NCBI GenBank assembly: GCA_010093815.1
Contig: ML996583.1
Length of the DNA: 64,000 nucleotides
From: Pseudovirgaria hyperparasitica
Lineage: Eukaryota
Reading direction: 5' to 3' (one strand)
Shown piece after piece: positions 1 through 12,200 of this stretch. The position numbers were made by a program, and so were the translations under genes. Every line of letters starts with the position of its first letter. Positions within the stretch are counted from its first letter, which is position 1. The notes beneath the pieces were generated by a model. That model was not told where the DNA came from and ran no database searches. It saw nothing but the letters and a program-made list of their open reading frames with translations.

Positions 1-843
1 GAAACATCAAGTGTAAGAGAGACGGTAAGAAGATTAGGGATTGTGTTCTATAAGGGTCACATCTACTAGAGATTTGATGGTAAGAATTAGATCATGTTTC
101 TCTACTTCGTAATTTCACCTAGTCGAAAGTTTGAAATATAATTCTCACACGATGTTTGTTTGTTTGTTTCGTGGGGTTTGCACTATCTATTCGCACGCAC
201 AAGTCAATAACAAGTCAGCAATAAGAGCGTGTCATACTTCCATGAAACCTGTCTACTTCTCACATCGGTCCCTACGGAATTCCAATGTCACACTCAATAT
301 CGCGGAATACGGCGACGAGTAGAAACCCTACATAAAAGTCATATAAGTGGGCTAGTAATCTGTCGGCAGGATATTGCAGATGGTTAGACGGGCAGCATAT
401 ATTTCGCCTGTCGTCGTGGGTTGTATATGGCAGGCACCGGGTATGGCATGCAATGAGGGAATGCATAAAACGAGTAATGAGCCTATGAAAAGGGCAAATT
501 TCATGTGTACATGTATTGTGCGTAGCACGAAGTTTACATGAATCTTGATTGAAATGGGCCAGCTGAGAGTGTTCTCTGTTCGTGTAAGTACAGCAGATAT
601 ATTTAATCTTGGATATGAGAAGAAGAGGACAAGTGTGAAATGTGAACGGAGAAACAGTTAGGAACATCGAAACTGCTGTGTCTAGGGCTGACAATCTGAA
701 CAGGGCAGCTTAAGCTGATCGTCGTATGGAATGTTTCGTCACCGTTATCACGAAGTAGTCAATAGTTGAAGCTTGGTTGGAAGTCCCAGTGATACCATGT
801 TCTAATCGTCCGCATCTTGCATGCCACATCTCATCACCAACCT

Positions 844-1647
844 TTACTCCTTCACCCCCTTACTCGCCGGCATCCCGGTCACAACTCCAGGCGTATACTT
901 TGCCTTACCACTCTCACTCGTCGTGGTCTTCTTCGTCGACCCTCCCGCGTTACCCCTTTTCACACTCGAACCAGTCCCCTTTGGCATTCCCGTAACCACC
1001 CCCGGTGTATACTTCGCACCACTACCATCCTCCGTTGTCTTCTTCACCCCTGCCCCTGTGATCTTCTTCTGCGCGGTACCACCTGTCCCCGTCACAACAC
1101 CTGGCGTATACTTCGACCCGGCCGTCGTCGCAGACGCAGACCGCGAACGCACCACCGATCCCTTGGTGTCAGTCACCCTTGGCTTCGCAGAGCTAGCAAT
1201 AGACCTTTTCGTCGGCACAGTCCCGGTATAAGGCATATTAGCAGCCGCAGCACCCTTCCCATTTGGCGCCACAGGAGTGGAATGAGCCCGTTTGACCGCC
1301 ACTGGCCTCTTCGTTGTTGAAGACGCGCCTGTGGCGATGGTCTTTCTAGGCCTCGAACCTGCTGGTTTGGATGCTGAGCCGGTGCCTTTGATTGCGTTGC
1401 CCCAGGTGTCGAATTTAGTTTCCACGGCTGGGAGAATCTATGTGAGCCAGCAGGCGTGGGTGGAAAGGCTAGGGAAGGCTGAGAGGAGAACTGGGGAAGT
1501 CGTACCTCGACCGTATGCAGCACCGCCGGACTCAATGTAGTCGCCTGCTTTATTCAATATATCTCCGGCGTAGCCACCGGCGGTGCGCATGCCGCTGTCG
1601 ACGAAGCCGGCGACGCTGGACTGGATGATATTGGAGACGAAGTTCAT
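844..1647 (-). CDS. Hypothetical G/T/K/S-rich protein with three KYTPGVVTG repeats (2 exons; 3' end uncertain)
   Basis: ATG at 1647 (MNFVSNIIQSSVAGF...). Intron 1505..1428 (GTACG...GCTCAC...CAG) joins in frame to ORF 844..1425. The stop TAA overlaps a possible GTAAAG donor, so a further exon cannot be excluded. Confidence 0.7.
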
Positions 1648-2344
1648 GCTTGGCGGAATGTGGAGGTGACGGTGTTGGGGGACATTGACTGTATAGAAAC
1701 ACACTGTCGACCTTGACGATTGATGTTCCTGTTACAGAAGTCGAATGTTGCTACGGATCTTGGATGCCCTGTTTACATCCCTGTCAATGACATCGCTTAT
1801 ACGGGATGAGACATCACGTGTGTGTGCCACAAGCGGCATTGTCTTAGCATTCATACTCCTGCCTCTTCAAAATTGGACTTGATCATTCATTGTTGAGACT
1901 ATACAGCCCGCCATGCCGATGCTCCCACCACTTTTTATCCTATGGACAAATACAGTAAAATCAGAACATCGACCGAGTAACCCAACATGCCACGAGATGT
2001 GATCCTCATTCCTGCATGGTGAGCGTATTAATGCAACGTGAAACTCTATGCAGACCGCACATGCAAGTCGGATATCTCAGTGTGAAAAAGACGACCAGAC
2101 AAAGAAATATCGTACCGGAAGTGGAAATGATATATGAAACGGACGCACAGAAATGACGAAAACTCGCATGGCTACCGTCTGGAAACTATCGAGTACTGGA
2201 CAGCCTGCGAGCTTTTCGCCATAGGAGAGGAGTCGTTTTTGTTTTGTTTTACACCCAAGCTGGATGGTCGAATCAACGCCTGGTCTGGGGAAATGTATGA
2301 AATGCTGCACCTGTATAAACAAAAGCTCCAAAGACGAATTGAGC

Positions 2345-4143
2345 TTAGTTGATGGAGATCAATTTGATGTCGAAGACGAGGTTAGAGTTAGCGGGAATAC
2401 CAGGAAGTGACTTATTTCCATAGGCCAATTTGGACGGAATGGTGAGGCGTCGCTCGGCACCGACAGTCATGCCATCGACGCCGATTTCCCATCCTGTGAT
2501 AACTTCACCCTTGCCAAGGACGAAGGTGAACGGCTTGCCCTTTTTGTTCGCTGAACATAGGATCAGCACAAAGGCCACAGTTGGAATTGGAGCAAACTTA
2601 CAATCGAAGACTTTGCCATCTTTCTCGAGCTTTCCGATGTACCTCATGCCGATCTTGTCGCCTTTCTTAGCCGCAGGGCCTTTGCCCAGCTTTTTGTCGT
2701 CAATCTTTACCCCACGAACATTCTTTACGCCGAGGGCCTGCTTCGGTTTGGCATCCTCCTTTTCTCCAGCTTTGGGGAGTGGGGAACCGGTAGGTCCTTG
2801 CTCAAGGTTCTTCGCGAATTGAACCTTTTTGTCGGACTTGGCGGATTGGGGAGTGCCATTGGTGCCATTGACTTCCTTCTTGTCAGATTTCGATGTAGTC
2901 CCGTTGGCCTCTTTTTTGGCAACCTCATCAGCACCAGCAACAGCCAAGCCTTGGTTGTTCTTCAGCTTCTTGAGCTGCTTCTTGCTCAACTTCTCACCAG
3001 AAGCAGCCTCGCCAGACTTCATTGATTTTGCAATGAGATCGTCAAGGGTAGAAGCATCCTCCTCCGAGTCTTCGGCAGCGCGCTTATTCTTGCCCTTCTT
3101 GTCCTTTTTCTCAGCCTTAACAAGCTTTGGGGCCTCCTCTTCCTCACTTTCAACTTCAGTGACGCGGGGATCAGCAATGTCGTCGAGCTCATCAGATTCC
3201 TCATCATAATCATCTGAATCCTCATCCATACCTCCCAAACCTCCGTAGAGATCCATCTCATCGTCATCTTCATAGTCCTCATCATCAGACTCATCTTTGA
3301 CATCAGCAATGTAATTACCGGTCAAGAACACGCTGTGCGTGCCAATGACCTTGAAGTAAACCTGCTCATTTTCGCTGACGGTGATGTCAATTGGTTGTTG
3401 ATAGTGCTGCGTATGTTAGCGTATAGCCATGAGGATTACAGAGACAGTCTAACCTGCGTGGTGTCAAGAGTACAGATCACATGCTCCTCCAATTCACCAT
3501 CCTCACTGTCTGCCTCATCGGAGTCGATTTCCTCGTCGTCGTCTTCATCGGACGCTTTGCCTTTGCCTTTGTTTTTCTTGATACCGTTGACACCGTTGGA
3601 CATGTCATCAACGTCCATATCGTCATCACCAATGAGCGCTTCAAGGATCTGCTTGACAGCAGCGTCTTTTCGAGCTTTCTTGGTTTTTGCCGGATCGCTT
3701 GGGCCGCCATTTACTTCGTCGTCACTTTCATCATCCTCGGAGTCTTCTTCAGAGTCCTCGTCGGACCCGCCGAGAGCAGGTCTGAGACGAGCTTCCAGAG
3801 CAGCGATATCGTCGGAGTCGTAATCGTCCTCGTCGTCTTCGCTTTCACTCAGCTCAGCACTTATGACCTTGATGATCTTCAGAGTCGCGCGAGGGACGGT
3901 CTGATCGGCTGGAGCCAGGTCGAGCTGTGCGGGGGCACTAGGGTCAATGGCCGCCATTGAGATGCGTATCTGCATATGTTTAGTTTCTTATTCAGTCTGA
4001 AAATTTGCGCACAAGTAATATTAAAAGGCAGAGAATGATTAGACAGTACATACAGATGCAGGAAGGTCTTCGAAGCCCGCTGGGATGGGCATATCGCCAG
4101 GCGGGACCTCAAGGGCGTAAACGCGCACAGGTTGCTGAACCAT
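2345..4143 (-). CDS. FPR4: Nuclear FK506-binding protein (nucleoplasmin-like domain, acidic tracts, C-terminal FKBP PPIase)
   Basis: ATG 4143 ([16 protein letters not shown]). NPL motifs [15 protein letters not shown] and FLTGNY, plus D/E tracts. C-terminal FKBP domain: GMRYIGKL...[16 protein letters not shown]...[13 protein letters not shown]. Three GT-AG introns at about 4052-3971, 3452-3406 and 2601-2551. Confidence 0.95.
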
Positions 4144-4800
4144 GGCGTCGGAGTACTTCGATTTAGGAATATGGGTTGAGTCCCAAGAGAAAGGCTCTCT
4201 TCTGTGAAGAAAGGATGCTATGTGAAGTAGGTAGCGACAGCAGTAAAGAGAGCAGTCAAAATGTCTGTATGAATGCGTTGCGGGTTTGGAGCGGGAGCAA
4301 CGAGCACGAGAGAAGAAAAATGAGAGCTATGGACATGGAACTTTTGAAGCGGGCGATATTTTTTTGCCTGCCCTGCTCACCGCCTACGATTACCGGGGAT
4401 CGCGGGCTGCTAGGCCTAATCACGTCTAGCCCTTCCATCGCATCCATTTGATCCTCGTCTGTTCCATTGGAATAGCTGCACCTGTACGTGGCCCCCTTGA
4501 TGTTGGTGATGCGATTGACGACATTGACTAAAGGGCTTCAAGAATATCTTCTCGTGGCGATAAGTCTGCATCAATCAATATCCATGAGTTTTATATAAAT
4601 GTGTGCAATCCTTTATGTTCTCTCGCTTACTTGGCTCGTGCACGACTCATTTAGGTCGCGGGCGCGTTCCCACTTTGCAGCGCGTCATCCTGGTATCCAT
4701 CTCATCTGCGTCTGCAACATTGACCATACACACCGACAGCTCCATGAGGTCGCATATAGTCTTGCCAAAGCTATGAGGCCACCTTGCCGTCTACTTCGAG

Positions 4801-7800
4801 ATGGGCTCGAAGTTAGAAAGCAATTCCACAGCAGTGCGCAAGCGCATCGAAAGCCGTAGGTATTGCCCAGAGGCCAAAACCTGTACGCTCACCACCTCAT
4901 AGATACATTTGACAATGAGGAAGGAGAGGAATATGAGCCATCCAAGTTTGGAGGCTTCCCTGAATACTTTCGGCGCAAGAAGATAAAGCTCCAGAACCTT
5001 GATGCCGAACTACGCGCCAAGTCCGCTGACAAGCCCGCTGTATTCCGTGGTGTCGTTGCGAACGTCAATGGGTACACTCAGCCATCCTTGAATGACTTAC
5101 ATAGGATGATAGTCGAACATGGTGGTGGTTTCATGCAGTACTTGACCGGCAAGACGGCGGTGACCCATATAATTGCGAGTAGTCTTACGCCTAAGAAGGC
5201 TGTAGAATTCAAGAAATACCGGATAGTGAAGCCTGCATGGGTAGTTGATAGTATCGCTGCTGGAAAGCTGCTGCCATGGGACGCCTATCGTGTTGTGGAC
5301 GAAGGTGTCGGGCAGAAGATTCTCGGGTTCGACAGTGGCAAGATTGTCAGCCAGACAAGCAAACAGTCCAAAGGATACAGGGACCAGTCAGATACCAGCT
5401 GGTACACAAGCCAACTGAAGCAGTCGGCGTCCACCCCTAGCTCAAGCAGACCGAAGTTTCGGTCACAGAGGCCTCCGACACCCGTTTCCGACGATATTGA
5501 TGGCGAGGAGCAATCCGATCCTGACGACGATGTGAAATTGAGGGAGGCTGTCAACTACGATGTGCCTGAAGGTTTCTTTGACGGTGCCACCCCGAATACC
5601 CCCCCGAAGACCAGTCCTGTAGAAGAAACCCCCCAGAGAGAACTGATTCCCGAAGTGGATAAAAGTACGGAGAGCAGGACTCCTGGTGAGAAAGTACGAA
5701 CACCCAGTATAAGGGCCCACAAGAGATCTAGAAGCCCCTCGGCAGATGCTGCGGCTAAAAGACCAAGATGGACTTCAGAACAGAGTGGCGCTCTTCTTGA
5801 TTCTCCCTCGAAACGGAGTCACTTGACCGCCGAAGAACATAACGCCATCTTACTAGCGGATCCCAAGGTCCGGAAATCATCTGTTATCAATCCAGAATTC
5901 CTCGAGCAGTACTACCGCGAGTCACGCCTGCATCATCTATCTACGTGGAAAGCTGACCTCAAGTCTCAGCTACAGACGCTTGCGGCGGAAAAGACATCAT
6001 CCCAGAGAGTTCGCCAGAAGCGAGCCCCCGGTGCTAGAAGGTATATACTACACGTCGACTTCGACAGTTTCTTTGCAGCCGTCTCTCTCAAAAAGCATCC
6101 AGAGTACAAAGAAAAGCCTGCTGTGGTTGCACATGGCAATGGAACGGGATCTGAAATTGCTAGCTGTAATTATCCAGCTCGCAAATACGGAATCAAGAAT
6201 GGCATGTGGATGAAGCGTGCGTTAGAGCTATTCCCAGACCTAAAGGTTTTACCATACGACTTTCCCGCCTACGAAGAAGCAAGTAGATCATTCTATCAGT
6301 CAATCATGAACTGCAGTCCGGAAGCAGTAGTTCAAAGCGTAAGCATAGACGAAGCATTAGTCGATGTCTCTAACAGCTGCAATGCAGCTGGAGGAGGCAA
6401 TGGGGTCCATCCAAGTAAAGGTGCCCTATATCGTGAACAAGAGCAAGCTAATGAAATTGCGACCCGACTACGTGACGAAGTTCTCGCAAAGACTGGTTGC
6501 AATGTTTCAGTTGGCATTGGAGCCAACATTCTACTTGCCAAAGTCGCTCTTCGCAAGGCTAAGCCCGCAGGCCAGTATCAAATCAAGCCCGATGAGATGC
6601 TGGATTTTGTAGGGGCACTCCAGGTACAAGACCTGCCAGGTGTTGCTTGGAGTATTGGAGGAAAGCTCGAGGAGATAGGGATCAAATTTGTGTCTGATAT
6701 CCGTCAAGTTACGAAAGAAAAGCTGGTCAACGCTTTGGGACCCAAGACTGGTGAGAAGCTGTGGGATTACTCTCGAGGCATCGATCGATCCGAAGTTGGT
6801 GACGTGGTGGTGCGTAAGTCTGTGTCTGCTGAGGTCAACTGGGGAGTACGCTTCGAGAACCAAGAGCAGACCGATGAATTCATTGAGAATCTCTGCGGGG
6901 AGCTGAACAAACGACTGCTCAAAGAGAGAGTCAAAGGCCGACAATTCACCATGAAGATCATGCGTCGCGCAGCAGATGCTCCTCTCGATCCACCTAAACA
7001 TCTCGGCCATGGGAAGTGTGATACGTACAACAAGAGCATCGCATTAGGTGTTGCGACCAACGCGAAAGAAGTCTTGACTAAGGAAGCGCTGTCCATATTA
7101 AAAAGCTTCAATATCTCCCCTGGTGAGCTCCGAGGGATAGGGGTTCAAATGACAAAGTTGGAGCCACTGAGAGCCAATCTCGATGGGAAAATCGAGACCA
7201 GCCAACGTAGGCTCCAATTCAAGACTCATAATGCTGTTGGAAGGCCACTGCAAGAGTCTGTATCCGACGAACCGGATGCAGCAGACGATTCCATTCAAGA
7301 CGACGTCGTCACCCCAAAGAAGCCAAAAGCTCCGCCTAAACAGATCAATTACGGCCCTGCTGACCTTCACCAAAGCACACCTCGAAAGAAACCACTTAAC
7401 ACGCTCGGAACGCAATTTATTCTGCCCAGCCAGGTTGACCCTACCGTGCTTGAGGAATTGCCTTCAGACATACGGGCTAAACTTGCTAGGCACGTCCGTC
7501 AAGCATCTCCTTCGCCAGCGGCGAGGCCCAGACCTCCAGCATCAACAGTCCTCCCTAGTGAGTCACAACTCGACCCTGAAGCTCTCTCTGCCCTCCCAGA
7601 CGACCTTCGGGCAGAAGTGCTTGCACACTACGCCCAGGATCTCGAGAAGTTGCACACAGGCGAACATGCCGGTCTTCCCCAGTCACCACAAAAAACTCGT
7701 ATCTTCGCACCTCCAAAGAAACCTGTCGTTCCCGTAAAGCGTGGCCGTGGCCGTCCTCCGAAATACGCCATCGCACCCACCTCTGCCGCTACAAGCAATG

Positions 7801-8459
7801 CGACTTCATCTACTTCATCAACCCTCACCCAAGCCAACTTCATCACATCCCGCCCGACTTCCCGTAACACGGATGCTCTGCAACAAGTCAACGCTGCTGA
7901 CGTTGATGTCGAGTTCCTGGCCGCACTTCCTGCATCCATCCGCGCCGAAGTCCTTGCGCAGCAACGGCTCTCCCGACTTAATAATAAGTCAGCTCTCACT
8001 CTCCCTCGCAAAGCTCCTCCAAGGCCGAAAGCTCCCGTCACTCTACTTCCCTCTCAGCGTACGTTAGTATTACCACCAAGGAAACCACGGCCAACATTCA
8101 CGACGCAGAAGTTCACATCAATCGAAAACCTGCGTACAGCAATATCCTCATGGTGGGATACGTTTAGCGATGAAGGTCCATATGACGAGGATGTCGGTGC
8201 GCTAGGGAAATACCTCTCTGCCGTCGTTCGTGATGAGATGGACATGCACAAGGCAATGAAAGTAGTACAGTGGCTGGCCTGGGTTGTGAGTGAGGGATAC
8301 GAGCAAGACGAAGGGACAGTTGAAGACAGCGACGGATTTGCTGGACTGACGGCCAGCCAAGAAAAGGGGAAGCTCAAGTGGGAAGGTGCTGTAGAGACTG
8401 TCAAGGTCGTCGTGCGGAAAGCAGTAAAGGAACGTGGGCTGGGGGAGATAGACTTTTAA
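4801..8459 (+). CDS. REV1: Y-family translesion polymerase / deoxycytidyl transferase Rev1
   Basis: ATG 4801, intron 4856..4902. N-terminal BRCT (VNGYTQPS...THIIAS...VKPAWVVDS), SRLHHLSTWK, HVDFDSFF, IASCNYPAR, SIDEALVD, KHLGHGKCD, three UBM-like motifs and a C-terminal domain. Confidence 0.97.
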
Positions 8460-9200
8460 TCAGGAGTTTTTGTATCAATTATCGGCGTTGGGAGATGGAA
8501 TTGTGGATCTGATACCAAGGAGGCACGACATATGGAAACGGAGATTATGTTTATGTTCCAGACTTCAGTCCCACCGTGTCGTGTGTCGATAACACCGGAA
8601 TATATTTCAAAACTGTGGCGGTGTCTTAGCTGTGGTGTGGCTAGTAACACTCACATTTCGGAGCAAACCGCGCAACACAGGCTCGTAAATAATACTCGTG
8701 ACGGGAACGCGCCGGTAAGAACAATGCTCAATTGCGTAATCTCGTCCATCGCGTCTTTTGACTTCAGACTGCAAGTAGATGAATACCAGACTGTTTCGTT
8801 CTGACAATTGCGAACTCGCAAGACAGCCCTCCCATGTCCGACTTCAAACAAAGAGGCTGTGCCGTCCATGCATCCCATACCGAAGTGGAGACCTCAAACA
8901 CCCACCTCCGGTCTAGCCCGCTGTCTTCAACATCACCACATCTGTACCTGTACCTAGCTATATACCCATAACTCCCGCTCGCGACGTTGTTCGAACCCCT
9001 CGGATCGACTACTATCCCTGATCGTCCGAGTCTGATGTTTTCACCACTACAAGCCTGACACCTGCCATGCAGCCGCCCTGAGTCGTGAAGAACACGCTCC
9101 ACGTCGCTGTCCGAGGCAAGCTGCTTTGCGATACTGCACGCTTCACTACCATTCCTCCGTCAAGAGCCTTGCGCGCATAATACCGAGACCATAAACCGTG

Positions 9201-12200
9201 ATGACAAGGAAAGAGAATGTTGGCAGGCATGGTTCTACGGAAAGCTCCGGAGCTGATAGCTGGCGCTCGTCCGACACTATCAGAGGGTCACCGGCAGGAC
9301 GTGCGAGAAACGCGCCGGTAAGATCGAGGCCTGGGAAGGAAAAAGAGTACGTGCTGTTTGATTTCCATTCTGTTTGAGCATCCGCTGGTTCTTGCTGTCG
9401 TGTCTAGCGGCGATCTCATGGTTTGAAGCCGTGAGCCTCGAGAGATTGATGACTGAAAGAGTATCTGAGAGCGCTGTAAACGCGCGGTTATAGTACAGAC
9501 CACAGTTGTGGAGGGATCCTTTGTAGCCAGCTCTTCTGATAGCGTCCATGTGGTCTCCGCACGAGTCTCGCGCGTCGAATGATCAATTACGCCCGTCTTC
9601 GCACTCGGATGGCGCATTGTATGAGCGCACAATGCTGACATCTTAAGCAGAGCTGATATCGACGCTGATATTTCTCCTGGAACCAGGCCACGAGTGCCTG
9701 CGCAGAGTTCTAGATCAAAGATCGCCCCGTGGGAGACCTCTGGAAAGACGTCAGAATTCAACAACTACAGGAAAGAGCTGGCAGTATTAGATGCGCCGAA
9801 CAGTAATCCAGCGCCGAACTCACGCCAAAGGGTACATAATGCGAACTCGGATTTTCCACCTTGGGCTACTGGACTTGGTGGTACACCGAACGTTTCCAGT
9901 GTCTTCGGGAGCATTGGAAGCTTCTACAATGATTCGAACGAGGACCTGACCCAGCTCTCACCTGGACTTCGCCCTGGCAGTAGTAAAGATGAGGTGGTTT
10001 ATCCTGGTGATGATCGCCGGCCGTCCATCGCTAGCAACACCACTGTGAGCAGTCAAGGATCTAAATCGAGCATTGGCCGCGGGTTTCATAAAAAGCTGCA
10101 GGGTTTCTTCGGTGAAGAATTTCCAGTTATCGACTCCAGACAGAGCTCTGATACTAGCCTCGCCTACAATGCCTTTGCTGCTGCTGGAGCTGGCAATAAT
10201 AGCGACAACTCGTCTCGAGTACGTCCCCGAAACAATTCAATGCGGACCGCTGTAGGGGAGGGCTTAAACAGCCGACCAGTATCACCTGCAAGCTCACGCC
10301 CACGTACACCTCTACCATCAAGCGAAGTTACCCCTTGGGAATATCAAGATCTCAAGGTAAGGAGCCATTGGGGAAGACGGTTGAGCGCACTATGCTGTTG
10401 TGCTTTCCTTGCGTTCCATTTTGATTGTCTCAACTGACGACTTGGGCAGGAACTCCCAGGCTCCATCAGCTTGTCACGCCCCTCAACGGAACATTCGAAC
10501 TCCAAGTTCTCCAAATCGCACAAACTCCATCTACCTGGACACCGTCAAAGAGGGAGCAAGGAGGACAACAGAGCCGAATCTAACATCGGATACACATTAC
10601 GACCGAGTCTCAGCAGAGAGGAGTCGAGCGGAAGCGCGCGCAAGCCAGATAGTCGACTTCATCAGCTCCCAGTGGCACTTAGCTCGGCTTTCAACTCTAG
10701 CACTACGCTCGGTCGACCTTCAAGTCCAACGCCCAGCGGATCAAGTGCGCTCAGCAAGGAGAATATGGCTCAGCGCTCCCCGGGTGGCAATGGCAACCAC
10801 AAACGCTCTCTCATCGACCGATTAACGCGAAAGCACAAGGCCGATCGAGTCGTTGCGGATCCACTCAGTGACTTGTCCCCGTCCTCAACGTCTTTACATG
10901 CCCAACTGAGAGCCCCGAAGCTTCCGAAATCTGAGCCCACGGGAAACACGCGGAAACGGCCTGGCATAGAGCCCCCGCCAAGCATTCGTAGCAAAGAATC
11001 AATTCCGAAAAAAGAGCATGCCAGTAGGATACCTTTCAAGAGCTCGAAAAGAGGCCACCTAGCTGTCGAGCCATCAGCAAAGGATCCAAACGAAGCGCGG
11101 GCTTCAGCCGTTATGAACGAAGCTCTTTGGAATCTAGACACAGACTTGACACAAATGGAGGGTATCATCGGCAACCCCCTGCTTGGGCCCTTGACACCAC
11201 CTGTGGGGGACGTATATACAGCCTTCCCAGGTGACGATGCGTACAAAGAACCCAAGGAATACGAGGCACCCCCTGCGATATGGGATGCTCCGGATTCCTG
11301 GGCAGTGAAGCGAGTCGGGGATGAGAACATGGGTAGGCTACGTGAGCTTGACGAGAACGGCGATATTCCTAAGGATGACAACGTCGGTCCACCATATTGC
11401 GTACGCATATTTCGAGTTGATTCGACTTTTGCTGTCCTTTCCGTGGGACTAAACACAACTGTTGCTGAAATCATAGCGATATTAGGCAAGAAGACTTTGC
11501 TGCAGGACGAATTGAACAATTACCAGATCGTTATGCGGAAACACGACACTTCGCGGCAACTGCAACCCCAGGAAAGACCTGTCGTAATACAGAGGCACCT
11601 CCTAGAACAGGCTGGCTACACCGACTCTGATCGTCTTGAAGATGTCGGTCGAGAGGACAACAGTTATCTCTGTCGTTTCACTTTTTTGCCGTCCAAGATG
11701 ACTGGCTACTCGAGTCTCGAAAAGGATCCCGGCTTCAAGAATATGCAAAAGTTCAGTCATATCGATCTCCAAGGCCGAAATCTAGTCACTATTCCGATCA
11801 CACTATATCAGAAAGCAACTGAAATCATTTCTCTGAACTTGTCCCGCAACCTCTCCCTCGACGTCCCAAAAGATTTCATACAGACATGCACTAATTTACG
11901 GGACATCAAATATACTAGTAATGAGGCTTGGCGGCTACCTCCCAGTTTAGGCTTGGCCAGCAGGCTTACCATGCTAGACGTCTCCAACAACCGCTTGGAG
12001 CAGCTAGACAACACGGAGCTTAACAAGCTGCACAGTCTACAAGGCCTGCGTCTATCAAACAACAAACTTACGTCCTTGCCCTCGTATTTTGGCCAGTATA
12101 AAGCTTTGCGAAGCTTGAACCTCTCATCGAACTTTCTGAAGGAGTTTCCAGACTTCCTCTGTGAGGTTCGAACACTCGTGGATCTCGACATAAGCTTCAA

